This document shows positions 37,301 through 50,250 of a stretch of 64,000 nucleotides of DNA, piece by piece (positions within the stretch are counted from its first letter, which is position 1; the number at the start of each line of letters is the position of its first letter). The position numbers and the translations under genes were made by a program. The notes beneath the pieces were generated by a model. It was given only the letters and a program-made list of their open reading frames with translations. It searched no databases and was not told the DNA's origin. Source of the stretch: Octopus sinensis (lineage: Eukaryota); NCBI RefSeq assembly GCF_006345805.1, contig NC_043002.1, forward strand, positions 50,034,001 to 50,098,000, in the 5' to 3' direction.

Positions 37301-37371
37301 TTAATAGGACTGCCCAATGAAGGCTAGGCTGGCTGAAACTGTGAAGTCACTGTCAACAGTATTCCTATTAA
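37301..37371 (+). ncRNA. Decayed type I hammerhead-ribozyme-like fold
   Basis: TTAATAGGA-CTG...CCAATGA [AGGC-TAGGCT-GGCT] GAAAC [TGTG-AAGT-CACT] GTC then AACAG-TAT-TCCTATTAA. The core has CCAATGA instead of CTGANGA. Confidence 0.4.
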
Positions 37372-37432
37372 AGAATAATAATACTCTGTGAAAAGTATTC
37401 TGTCGTCTATCAGTTTATTGTAAAATTGTTTC

Positions 37433-37587
37433 TGGCTGTGTGCTAAGTAGCTTGCTTACGAACCACATGGTTCCGGGTTCAGTCCCACTGCGTGGCACCT
37501 TGGGTAAGTGTCTTCTACTATAGCCTTGGGCCAACCAAAGCCTTGTGAGTGGATTTGGTAGACGGAAACTGAAAGAAGCCTGTCGTA

Positions 37588-37630
<43 letters not shown>

Positions 37631-37810
37631 ATGTGCTTGTTTGTGTGTCTGTGTTTACGTCCCCGTAACTTAGCAGTTCGGCAAAAAGAGACCGATAAAA
37701 TAAGTACTAGGCTTTCAAAGAATAAGTCCTGGGGTCGATTTGATTGACTAAAGGCGGTGCTCCAGCATGGCCACAGTCACATGACTGAAACAAGCAAAAG
37801 AGTAAAGAGT
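37433..37810 (+). mobile_element. SINE family A with a short internal deletion after the microsatellite
   Basis: Full head and tail; lacks the CCAACATCGCTTGACAACCGATGCTGG segment seen in other copies. Confidence 0.9.
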
Positions 37811-38394
37811 TATAACTCAACATATAAACAAACACTAACATGCATACACACACATACCCAGTACTACTTATCTACCTATTTACCTACCCATCCATCCATC
37901 CATCCATCCATCCATCCAATCAACTATCTACCTTTCCTTTTCTTTTCCTCCTTCTCCTCTGTCTCTATAAATCTTCGACTGTCTAAATTTTTTAACCTAC
38001 CATCTATCAATCTGTCTGCGTCTATCGACCTGTTGGTGTGTCCATTTATCTTTCTATCAATTTTTCCAATTAGTAATCTAGCTGTCAGTCATCCTATTTG
38101 ATCTGCTTGTCTGTCCTATCCAATCACATTACTCTGTTTTGTTGTGTGCAAGTGTTGGCTAATTAGCAGCATTGTTCTCAATTTAACCCCCACACATACA
38201 AACACACACCCACGTGTACCTTCAATAATTTATGTTGACCACTGAGTATTGAAATGAATTGGGTATTTATTTATTTATTTATTTATTTATTTTTTATTTA
38301 TTTATTTAATTCATCAGACAGTGGCCATGCTAGGACACAATCCTGAAGGGCTTTAGTCTAAAAACATTTGACCCCAGTACTTATTCTCTTATTA

Positions 38395-38782
38395 GGAGGC
38401 GCAATGGCCCAGTGGTTAGGGCAGCAGACTCGTGGTCATAGGATCGCGGTTTCGATCCCCAGACCGGGCGTTGTGAGTGTTTATTGAGCGAAAACACCTA
38501 AAGCTCCATGAGTCTCTGGCAGGGATGGTGGTGATCCCTGCTGTACTCTTTCACCACAACTTTCTCTCACTCTTACTTCCTGTTTCTGTTGTACCTGTAT
38601 TTCAAAGGGCCGGCCTTGTCACTCTCTGTGTCACGCTGAATATCCCCGAGAACTACGTTAAGGTTACACGTGTCTGTGGGGTGCTCAGCCACTTACACGT
38701 TAATTTCACGAGCAGGCTGTTCCGTTGATTCGGATCAACCGGAACCCTCGTCGTCGTAACCGACGGAGTGCTTCCATTCCCA
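38395..38782 (+). mobile_element. tRNA-derived SINE, family E head with tail type 2, 13-bp TSD
   Basis: GGAGGCGCAATGGCCCAGTGGTTAGGGCAGC head; TSD TATTCTCTTATTA at 38382-38394 and 38783-38795. Confidence 0.92.
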
Positions 38783-40270
38783 TATTCTCTTATTAAAGGC
38801 ACAAACAAACCATTTTCTGTAGTCGACTGATAGGTGGAAAGTGGTTGGCATCCAGCTGTAGAAACCATGCCTAAGCAGGCGCTGGAGCACATTGTAGTCC
38901 TCCAACTCATCAAATCCTTGTCAAACTGTCTGACCCATGATGGCATGGAACATGAATGTTAAATGATAATGATGACTATGATTGATTCCCAGTGTTCACT
39001 ATTTTCCTCTCGTTCTGGTCTAACGACCCTCCATGTTTGTTTTCATTTGGTTTCCTTGTATGTCTCCACTATCCTATTTTTTGTTCCTAACTTTGACCCT
39101 CGATAAATCCAAAATTTTATTTTAGACTTTATGGGAGCAACTGTCTTTGAAGATTCATTGTCGTTGAATGCTCGAAATGAGGAGTAGATAGACAGCCGAC
39201 AACTGATGAAGGGTTATTTCTCTGTGTTTACTTGTCCTGTTCCATTTTTTTTTCTCTCGTTATTAATGTATTAACTCGTTTGTCTACGTGGTTCATGTTG
39301 TTTACACAGGTGGTGATGTCCTATATATATATATGACAAGCTTTCACCCAGTTTCTGTCTACTAAATCCACCCACAAGGATTTGTCAGCCAGGAGCTATA
39401 GTAGAAGACGTTTGCTCAAGGTGCTACACAGTGGGACTGAACCTGAAACCACATGGTTGCAAAACAAACCATTTTTGTTTAATGTAATATTTTAAAGACA
39501 ATTGGGTGTATTTTGAGGGAGATTGGGCTGGGGGTTTTTTTCTCTTGCTGCTTAAAAATGGCATTGTAGACACTCCTTTGTGGGTTTGTAGTTATGTAAT
39601 AGGGTGCAGCACAGCAGCCCATGTAGTCAAGAATTCAACTTCATAGTATTGTGTTTTGAGAGTCCACCCATGTAAATTAAGGATCAAAGAGGTCAATAAG
39701 CAAAAAATGGTTGAGAAACACTGAGCTAACTCCTTCAAGATGGTGCCCCAACATGACCTCAGTCCAGTAACAAGTAAAAGATTAAAAAAAAAATAATAAT
39801 AAAAAATAAATTTCATCCAAATATATAGAACTGACCAAGCAAGCAACCAATACAGTCAAAACCAGGATAAGAATTTTAGAAATAAAAGTAAGTTAAAAAA
39901 ACAGAAAAGGAACTCCCAAGAAGAAAAGACAAAAAATAAAATCCAGATTATGGTTACTATTCATATTGTCTTTGCATTGTTCTATTCACCTGAGTCTTTT
40001 CAGGAAAATGTTCATCAGCCAACCCTCAAGTTATCTCCCCTTCTTTATTCTGTTTCATACTAACTGCCTCCGTTCCCCTACCCCATCACCCCCCACTTCC
40101 AGCCCTGCCCTGCCCTGCCCTCCACTCTCCGCAGTTCTTTTGCAGTCAGTACTTTTGTCGTAGTGCTATAAAGTTAATCTGAAATAGCAATACGTTTGCT
40201 GGTTGCTTCAGTAACTCTTGTCTAACCATTGATCTCTCTCTCTCTCAAACTCCTCTCTCTCTCTCTCAAA

Positions 40271-40313
<43 letters not shown>

Positions 40314-40949
40314 TTTTCCCATTCTTCACCCCCACCCCCATCAGTTCTGCCACCGCCATCCCAACCCCACCACCACCACCACCACCCCTCCCTCCTTCAC
40401 GCTCAAGTGTGTATTCATGCTATTCATAAGTTGCATATCTCTCTAGCACCCAATATTCTCTGCATAATCTTTGGTTATATTTAGTTCCTCTTGAGCATCA
40501 AACCATTTCCACATTGATGACATTCTGATTTCACAATATATACATCAATGATTCCATAAATGAATTCCTTCTATTTACCATTAATTTATTTATTGATTTA
40601 TGTTTTTGCTTTTTTTTTCTTTACTTTTTCTTTTTGTTGGTTTTTTTTTGCTTCACTTATTGATTTTTTTTTTTCTTCTTGTGTTATGGCTTGTTCTCAT
40701 TGTTTTTGATGTTGGTGTCGTTGTTGCTGCTGTTGTTGTTGTTGCTGCTGCTGCTGCTGCTGTTGTATTTTTCGCCACTTTCTGTAGAACTTATGTCTTG
40801 AGAAGAATAGCTATTACATAATTTTCCCTGAAGTAACCAGTCCCTCCTGAATGTTCTTCTGCTGCATACTGTTCTATTAACTAAAGAAAGCACACAATTC
40901 CATTCAGCTCTGTCGCTTATCTCCCTTCCTCTCTCTCTCTCTCTTCCTA

Positions 40950-40987
40950 CGCACACACAAGCATATACACACATACATATGTATATG

Positions 40988-41068
<81 letters not shown>

Positions 41069-41417
41069 TTGTGTGTGTATGTATGTGTATATTTCCACCC
41101 ATTCAAGCACCATTCTCTAGTGTTCCTTCTGTCTTCATTGTATCATTACCATTAATCTATTGAATGAACTTGTCACAGACTCTGTTCTTCAGATATCTCA
41201 CAGTTTTATGCATAATAATAGACTTCTGAAAGTGAAATGGCACATTTGCTTGATCCAGATTTTTCAGTCAATCCATTTCCTTGTTTCATAACAATGTGTT
41301 GTTGTTGCTGTCGTTGTTGTTGTTCTTGTTATCATCACCAGCATCACCATTATCATCATAATCATTTGCTAGAAATTATTATTAGCAACACCATTATTAT
41401 TATTGGAAAGAGAAGAA

Positions 41418-41467
<50 letters not shown>

Positions 41468-41500
41468 CATCATCATCATTGTTATTGTTGTCGTTGTTGT
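40950..41500. repeat. (TA)n plus (TGT)/(CAT)/(ATT)n simple repeats
   Basis: Directly visible, including a long (ATT)n at ~41418-41465. Confidence 0.85.
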
Positions 41501-43020
41501 TAGGACTTCAGAATTAGTTTCTATACACTATTTTTAGATCTGTGATTGGATTTATCAAGCATAAGCAGTGCTTGGAACTAGCGTTCCTGCTATGCTGTGC
41601 ACACACAAATGCAACAGCATTGTGATTTCAATCCCCTCCCTTGTGTAAATAGATTGATTCTGGTGGTATAAGTTTGTCTGTTGTAACCTGCAGTAAACCA
41701 GCTCTACCACTTGGTATACTTTGATTGTTGAGACCCCACCCTGACTAGATGGCCCAGATCAGCTGAGATCAGTGTGACTTGGACTACATTCTTCAGTCCT
41801 ATGTAACTAGAAGGTATGCCCCAGCATATCTTCTTTGCCATCTTCTCTCTCTCCTTTCCCACCTGGAGTAGCCATATATCTCTTCTATAGCAAGACCCTT
41901 ATTTTTATCCCTTTTTTCATATTGTAACCCTTCATCACCTGGCCTGAACCTACCTTCCTCAAATTACTCCTTGCCTCATTTTAAGTAGGTTCAATGTCTT
42001 GCAAGTTACTTGATGACCCTGCTAGTACTTGTGGCAAGGAAAAAAGGTCCCTGTGCACTCTGTCAAGTGGTTGGCATTAGGAATCGACACCCAACTTTTG
42101 AAACCATGTCAAAGCAGACAGTGGAGCTTGATACAGTCTTTTGGCTTCCCAGTTTCCATGAAACTGTCCAATGCATGCCAGCATGAAAAATTGGGATTAA
42201 ATGATGATGTGTTCTTGCCTGTTCCGTGCATCATATGTGATATAGAAAACCTGTTTCTCTGGTGTCCATACATCATATATATGTTACATTTTCCCACATT
42301 TTTTGTTTTAACCCTTGGAGCAACTTAGGGCTTAATCAAAGAAGCTTTTCATATTACTCAGAATGTATGAAATGAGGGCTGACTAAGAGTGTGATAACAA
42401 GCGTGCACATTTAGGACAAACTGAAGCAAAGATTGGACAGGCAAAGGATTAAGATAATATGACATTGGTTCTCAATCTGTTTGATCTTGTGGTGCACTTG
42501 AAATAAAATAATAAATTTGCAGACTCACTTGATTGTTGCATGTTAAAAATTATTGGTACACTTCATATGGAAGATGAAAAATTTATCAATGCACTTTGTA
42601 TGGAAAGTTAAAAGACCTTATAATAAAAAAATATTGATTTTTTTTTTTTTGTTTTATTGATCATACTTATCATTGTCGTTGTCTTCATCGTCATCATCAT
42701 CATCATTACTACTTAACCCCTTGCAGATGGGAAGTGGTATGGACTGCATTGAAACACTGTATGTGTGAGCAGTGTGATGTCCTACTCTGTGTGGCACCAT
42801 CTTTTCAAATATACCACACTGAGAAGAATCTAAATCTACTGCAAAATTCCTTATATGGAAAATTATGTGGTTACTAAACGGCCTAATACTGGTACACAAC
42901 ACAGACTGTCAGTACTCAATCCGTCTACAAGGGGTTAATTTCCATGTTTTCATGCTGGTATATGATGGATGGTTTGACTTCCCTGATGGCTGTGTTGGCC
43001 TTAGTATTTATTACAGCTAA

Positions 43021-43412
43021 TTTTATCTTTTACTTGTTTCAGTCATTGGCTTGCAGCCATGCTGGGACACTTCCTTGAAGGGTTTTATTCAAACAAATTA
43101 AACCCTATACCTATTTTTTTTCGAGTGTTGGTGCTTATTTTGTCAGTCAGTTTTGCCAGCCTGCTAAGTTATGGTGACATAAACAAAATGACACTAATTA
43201 CTAAGCAGTGGTGGGAACAAACACAAGCACACATATGCATGCATACAGACACACGATGGACTTCTTTCAGTTTCTATCAACGAAATCCACTTACAAGGCT
43301 TTGATTGGCCTGGTGCTATAGTGAAAGACACCTGCCCAAGGTGCCACACAGTGGGATTGAACCTGGAAGCTTGTGGTTTGGAAGCAAGCTAACCACTCAG
43401 CCATGTCTGTAC
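43021..43412 (-). mobile_element. SINE family A, full length, diverged
   Basis: Reverse complement of the family A tail-to-head sequence. Confidence 0.82.
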
Positions 43413-43974
43413 CTATAATACATGATTGTGTATAATAAAATTACAAATAATTAACATAGCTTAATCTTACTTATATACTGATTTTCCTAAAGCCTTCAAT
43501 TATTCTTATATGAAAATCTGTGATACACCGTTTGAGAACCACTGCTATAGGTCCACTTCAAATGGTTAGAGGTAGAGTAATGAAACTGTGACGTGTAGTA
43601 AGGATCCGGCTATTGGCTGAGTCCATTGCGAAGATCACCCCATCACCTTCTTTTGGTTGGGAAAGGCAGGTAGTGTTTCTTTGTCTGGTGGAAGTTTCAC
43701 TTGCAAAAAAAATGAGTGTAGAGACAGAAATGCTGCCTCTCTAATTTTTTGGAAAGGTCGGTGAATGCGGCTAGAATGGTCCAAATGAACGTGCCTACTC
43801 TATGTATGTTGCCCTAGTTGTCGAGTTCACTATGGTTTTGTGAGGTTTCTCCAAGCAGTCCTAGGAAGTCTCCCACTTTTGGGGAATCATTTATTATTAT
43901 AATTTTATATTGTTACTTAATTTTTTCCCCTCAAATTGTTGGCCTTGTGCCAAAATTTGAAACTAATATTTAGA

Positions 43975-44176
43975 GCTGGTGTAATTGTTGGCATGCTAGA
44001 TGAAATACTTAGCAACATTTCATCTGTCTTTTTGTTCTGAGTTCAAATTCTGCTGGTGTCAACTTTGCCTTTTGTCCTTTCTCGGTTGATGATATTAGTA
44101 AAAATTACACACTGGGGTTAATGTCATCGACTTATCCCTCCCTCGAAATTTCAGGCTTTGTGCCTATAATAAAGAT
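43975..44176 (+). mobile_element. SINE family C
   Basis: GTTCTGAGTTCAAATTC, TTTGCCTTTTGTCCTTTC and AAATTTCAGGCTTTGTGCC. Confidence 0.72.
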
Positions 44177-44180
44177 TAAA

Positions 44181-44508
44181 GACACCCTTCAGTCATGAAT
44201 GACCATGAGATTGCAACTAGAAAGTTCCCCTCTGAGGTACAAGTCCAGGCAAGGTTGTTTATGGAAGACCAGCAGTAGCCCATGCATAGCCTCCCTTTTT
44301 CCATGCCACCAAGGTTACCAAGGGAAAGGCAAAGGACGATATAGCTTGGCACCAAGTGACATAACAACGCACATCTATAGCTGAGTGAACTGGAACAACA
44401 TGTAATAAAGTGTCTTGCTTGAGAACACAACACAACAGCCTGGTCCAGGAATTGAACTCACTACCTCATGATTATGAGCCTGACGCCCTTAACCACTGGG
44501 CCATGTGC
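44181..44508 (-). mobile_element. SINE family D, full length; reference for the palindrome at 56838
   Basis: Reverse complement head GCACATGGCCCAGTGGTTAAGGG...GAGTTCAATTCC, core TTGTGTTCTCAAGCAAGACACTTTATT, tail ending CTCATGGTCATTCATGACTGAAGGGTGTC. Confidence 0.88.
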
Positions 44509-44542
44509 TTATAGTAGAAAGGATTATTATTAAAGAAATCAT

Positions 44543-44596
<54 letters not shown>

Positions 44597-45249
44597 TAGA
44601 TGATGATAAAATGCTTAGTAGCATTTCCAAATGCTGCTTAGGTCAACTGCTTTTCATCCTTTCAGGATTAATAAAATCAGTACCAGCTGAATGCTGAGGT
44701 TGATGTACTGAATTGCCCCACCCACCCCTCTTAAAATTGCTAGCCTTGTGCCAGAATTGGAGACTATAATCATTGGGGGTATAGTAGTAGTAGTAGCAGC
44801 AGCAGCAATGCTGGAGGCACACTAATATGCTGCTGTGATGTTTAAGCGGGAAGTTCAACCAACAATGTCATATATTTTCGCTGTCTCCCTTGCACTAGGT
44901 TTAAAACGAATAATTTCAATTAAAGGTTACATCATTAAACATATTGAAGCAATTTGTCTGTTGAAATCTGGGCTTTATGCCATCTTCATCTGATGAGTCT
45001 TTGGCAGCAACCTGTTGTGTGGCTTTTTTTTTGTTTTTTGATTTATTGTTATTATTATTATTATTTTTAAAGTCAGGTGTTGCTAGTTGTTGCTCCCCTT
45101 TTTTCGAAGGGTCTCGTGAGAGGGGAAAAGGCTGGTGGTGTTGGTGGGTTTTTCTTTGCTCCTTGCTCTTTGCTCCAGCTTATTAGCTATTGTTAGGAAA
45201 GGATTTTGGTGACATTGGTTATGTAGGCAGTGGAGATATTGGTCATGTT

Positions 45250-45782
45250 GCTGTTGCTGTTGTTGTTGTTGTTGTTCGTGGTGGTAGTGATGATTATAGC
45301 GGTAGTAGCGATGCTGGTGGTGATGTGGTGATACAGACGTTAATCCATTAATGTAGTCTTGAAAGATCTAGAGTCACATTAGCGGGTTGGGTTGGGGAAT
45401 GGGGGGGAGGGGGGTTTAGAGTGAGTAGGGTCATTGTGGTTACAGGGTGGTGGTGGTGGTGATGGTGGTGGCAACGGTGATAGCTGTAGTGAGGTTAGTG
45501 TTGCTAGCAACAGTAGTAGTGGTGGTGTTGGCGGTGACTGTGTTTGGAGAAGAAATCTCCAAGAAAATCAACTTTGCTTAATCCTTTTTAAATGTTCCTT
45601 TATTCACACTGATCTGCTGTTGATGCACCACCACCATTACTATGACAGCTACTACTACCACCACCACCACCACCACCACCACCACCACCACATCACTATG
45701 ACAACTACCACCGCCACCCCTATTACTACCACTACTACTTCATTGCTACTATCTCCACTACCACCACCTCCTCTACTATAGA

Positions 45783-45814
<32 letters not shown>

Positions 45815-46030
45815 ACACTGCTGCTGCTCTTGGATGTTGTGGTGATGATGATGGTAGTTTTTTTTTTCATGATTGTAATAACTGGTGGCTACCATGGACA
45901 ACCATACCAGTAATCGCTGGATCTCACCATTGTATTTAAACACCCCGCCTTATGCACCATCATCATCATCATCATCACCACAACCACCATCAATCCCACT
46001 GCCAACACCACCATCGTCACCACCATCACA
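45250..46030. repeat. GGT/CAC/CAT/ACT trinucleotide low-complexity region
   Basis: Directly visible; produces poly-H/G/T/I ORFs on both strands. Confidence 0.85.
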
Positions 46031-47675
46031 TGCAATTTCAACTGCCCCCGATCTCACCCACAACAACCATCCCACCATCGCAGAGTCTGTTTTACTTTCA
46101 GCAAAAGTTCTCTTCACCACTGCAGCTACTGTCATTACAATATTCACCATTTACAGCAATAACGGAGGTGGTTGCAGCGGTGGTGGTGAGATTACCATAT
46201 TTGGCAGAATCGCAGAGCTGTGGTGAAGAGGAGGAAAGAGAGGGGAACAATGGAGATGATTGCTTTTAATTCTGGTGAACCCCTTTACCTTATCTTCGCG
46301 AAATCCTGTTAATTCTATGGCCTGGTTTGAAAGAATAAAGTGACAACAACAACAACAGCAATAAAGACAACGACGACAACATCCTGATCAGCTCTGGAAT
46401 CAGCAATCTCTTGTTATCAATTAAATACAAAAAAAATACAGTGACTTAAGGGGAAATAATTCAAGTTGACCAATGGCATAAATTTAGTCACATGGATTTA
46501 AGGGTGGAGTGATGTAATAAATATAGTACACAAGTAAATTAGAATTAATTGAAATTACCTTCTTGGCTGGAGAGTGACAACACACACACACACACACACA
46601 CAAAAAGAAAACTAACAGTAGTTGTTAATTATCTCCCCTTCTTCTTTGTAAGACGCTAACGAGTGGTACTGGGTTTTGCCTTTCTTTCTCCAACTGTGAA
46701 GGAAATTTCAGTTAATTGAGAATGTTTTATGTATGTCATTTAGTACATCAGCACTTAACCTATTTATCTTGTCGTAGTCGATGGTTATTGAAAGTTTTGT
46801 ATTTATTTTCTCTCCTCACCAGCAGCACCACCACCACGACCATTAGCATCCTCATCATCATCATCACCATCACCATCATCGTCGTCGTCGTCATTATCAT
46901 TATCGACACTGACATTGATAATCCCTTGCCATCAACAGCCATTGAAAGTTTCAGAAATTCACTTTGACTCTCTTATCCTCACCATCATTTTCATCATTGT
47001 CACCACCATCACTATAACCACCACCACCTGCTCACTCCTGCTGTCACCATACTCCTGTTTATGGTTTCAGTGAAATTCTTCAAATTGTTTAGTTCAGTTC
47101 TGTGGTTCCTGTTTCTAAATACTGCTGTGGTCAATTTCTATTTTACATCTTCCAAGGGTTGGTTGGGCTTGTATTTCCTTTCCATCCTTTCTTCTTAGAG
47201 GCCAAATAAAAAGGGAGCGGGGGAATGTTAAGATTGCTGGGGTGCATCTTCATCAATTTAACATCCACTTTTCCATGCTTGCATGGGTTGGACGGAGTTC
47301 ATTGAGGGCAGATCTTTCTTTAGCTGGATGTCTTTCCTGTCGCCAACCATCACCTGTTTTCATGCAAGGTAATATTCCCCTATGGGCCAACCATGTTTTC
47401 ACTGAAGAATAAATGCATAATATATAGACTTAAACACATTTACAACTATTACACACTATCCAACCAAGAAGATACTAGCACGCACACACACATATGACAG
47501 ACTTCTTTCAGTTTTCAACTATCAAATCTCCTCACATATCAACTATCAAATCTCTTAGCCCGGTTCTGTAGTAGCTGACACTTATTTAATATTCCATGCA
47601 TTGAGATTGAACTTGAAACTATGTGGTTGGGAAGTAAACTTCTTAACCATACAGCCACATCTGTGAATGTTTTAA

Positions 47676-47897
47676 TCATTTCGTTACTATATTTCTGTTG
47701 AGATACTCTGTGTTTCTTTCAATTAATTTTAAATATTACAAAGAATTTAGTAAAATACCTAAGTTATCATTAAACTAGTGTTAGGAACATAAATTATGAT
47801 TAAGGTTTGGTGGCAGATTTTAATTCAGAGCTTTTGAAAAGAAGACATTTGTACTATGGAGCCAGAGGTGCTTTCAGGTGGGTTGGTATCAAAAAGT
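47676..47897. mobile_element. piggyBac-like MITE, second and more degenerate copy
   Basis: TTAA at 47672-47675 and 47898-47901; interior aligns with 24418-24639. Confidence 0.75.
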
Positions 47898-48379
47898 TTA
47901 AACAGTGGTTCCGGAACTGGGTGGTAGTGGGATCCTTAGGCACCAGGTAGTGGGATCCTTAGGCACCAGGCAGCAACTGTCAAGGATGCTTGCTCAGTGG
48001 AAGTCATAACTTTTGTAAGCAATATAATATCCAAACCAGATACAATACTTGATATTTTAACCCTTTTGATAACAACCTGCCTTTGACCAGCACTGGTTTA
48101 AACAGATTCGATTGTTTAAAGTGATCTTAAAACCTTTCTAAATTTCATGTTTGTTTTTATGTTCCTTATAACATAACAAAGTTGTTTTACTAAATTCTTC
48201 ATTATTTTCAAAATCAATTGAAAGAAAGAATCATTTTAACAGAAATATAATTACTAATGGGCTTAACCATGCTTTCACGAACACCTTTGTCAGGGTCAGA
48301 TTACGAGTCAAACATCAAATTTTCTGTGAGCGGGATCATGACTAAGGATGTGCCAAGATCCAGGATAATTTTATCACAA

Positions 48380-48747
48380 ACTAGCAGTATCACCCGGTGT
48401 TGCTCGGGTTTGTTTCGAACCCTTTAGAATTGGAATTTTTGAAATTTTGCATTATGTAGCTTGTTATTCTCTTTAAGTGAACATTTTTCTGGTTGAAATA
48501 TACTGAAAAATGGCGACACCGCAGTAAAAAAATCGTAAAAAATTGGGATTTTCATAGAAAAAAAAGCACCTTTTTGGTATTAATATGGTCCAATTTGAAT
48601 TTTTTCTTCTACGGAAGGAAGAGCAAAGCTTCTTCGGTTATACTCTTAATTTTGGTCAACTTGCACTGCAGGGTCTCGGAGGAGATAGTGTTAGTTGAAG
48701 GCTACCAAACCTGCCATACACAGACAACTTCAGCTTTATATATAGAG
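48380..48747 (+). mobile_element. Non-autonomous Helitron/Helentron-like element (Lep1-like ends)
   Basis: Starts A-CTAG followed by the short IR CCCGG-TGTTGC-TCGGG; ends CAGACAACTTCAGCTTTATATATAGAG. The class assignment is from recalled end structure only. Confidence 0.5.
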
Positions 48748-50250
48748 AAATAAACTCCTGAATGTGAGCAGTTTCCATTAAAATTTAACATAAGGGCAAA
48801 TATCTAATGCTTGATGGGATTGTTCCAGAAAATATAGATAAAAAAATAGCTGTGCAAAATTAACTTCTTGTTTGCTTTAAAAAAAAAAATTGCTGTTTTA
48901 TTGTTTTGCCTTTTTTAAAATTATTGTTTTTGGGAAATGTGTAAGGGATATTTGTAAAGTGCCACTCAGTAATAGGAGTTGTGGGAGTATCATTAACCTA
49001 CAAATTGGTTAGGAGTTACTGGTCTAGAATATGTACTATATGGTTGTAACTACAGTGTTTCTTGTACATAAACTTTGTCAATACCCCTTTGCGACGATTT
49101 AGCAAAATTAAATACACAAAATGTACATATGTAAATATGTAATGACAAACAAATAAGGATTTACCTAATGCTACAGGTGTAGTGTTTGCTTTTATTACAT
49201 GTATAAAAATACCCATAAATTTTGACGTGTTCCTGTAAATTTTATGTTTGTTTATTGTTCACAATTTACATGCATTGTGGTATGCATATTTGGTTTTGTT
49301 CAATTACTTATTTACATTCCAAAGTCTGATATTATTGTTGATCCTGTTGTTGTGATGTTGCTAAGAAGCAGTTTAAGAAAATACTCAAATATCACATTTA
49401 TGTATCTTAAAATTGATATTTAGATAAGAGACAAAAACTAAAAACAAATGTACCTCTGAATCTGTCACCCTCCAACCCCCAATGCTTTCTTTGTTCCCAA
49501 TACCTATATAAAATTTTCCAGTGCCTCTCTCCATGGGGGATAATATTACCCACTTTGAGAAGCACCGGTTTAAAACATACGTTTTGCAGCTAGAAATAAT
49601 AGTAATTTCAAATTTTTGTACAAGGCCAGTGATTTTCAAGGAATTGCATCAAATCTAGTGCTGAACAGGTACTTATTTTACGAATGAAAGACAGAATTTG
49701 AACTCGGAATGTAAATATGGACGAAATGCTGCTAAAGATTTTACCTGGCATATTAACAATTTTGCCAGCTCACTGCCTTGTGGATAGAAGTAATGTTTCA
49801 GTACCTGCTGGGGAAGTTATCTAATTGGGTGTGATTTTTTTCTTGTGTGTATGTCGTGTGATGATTGTATGGAGCAAAATGATCCCAAAGCTTTTTGTCC
49901 CACACACTGGAGGATCAGATGCATAGCAAAACACAGTCAGTTGCAAAATATGTAATTTGATTATCACATATATCATCATGACATCAAGTGGACTATTGGA
50001 TGTTGTTATACATTCCTGGTTACAATGTGTTTGCATCATTTTAAATGATGCCACCCTGCTGGCTTGGCAACCCCAGGCCAACATTCCCTTTGATTACAAT
50101 GTTATTCTATTGTAGGGTTATGCATTTACAGCTGAGTGAACTAGAGCAATGTGAAATTAAGTGCTTTGCTCAAGAACACAAATCACAGCTATCTCCTGAT
50201 TGTGATTACAATACTTCTAACCACTAGGCCATGAACCTTCATGTCATATA

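Noticed and set aside
38395-38470. tRNA gene, also considered for 7080-7150, 33205-33280 and 54898-54914
   Set aside because: These tRNA-like A/B-box heads run into a shared SINE body, are multi-copy, and one has a TSD. No complete cloverleaf with a paired acceptor stem was seen.
39165-39215. Second hammerhead (CTCGAAA ... CTGATGAAGGG)
   Set aside because: The core motifs are present in permuted order, but stems I-III could not be paired. Other CTGATGA sites (25415, 26253, 44990) lack a suitable GAAA.
45434-46269. Poly-His/Gly/Thr/Pro ORFs as a homeotic-like low-complexity protein
   Set aside because: The ORFs arise on both strands and several frames from trinucleotide repeats, with no domain or splice support.
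47923-47968. Perfect 23-bp tandem duplication GGTAGTGGGATCCTTAGGCACCA after a hAT-like end (CAGTGGTTCC)
   Set aside because: A two-copy local duplication. No matching right TIR or 8-bp TSD was found, so no element was called.
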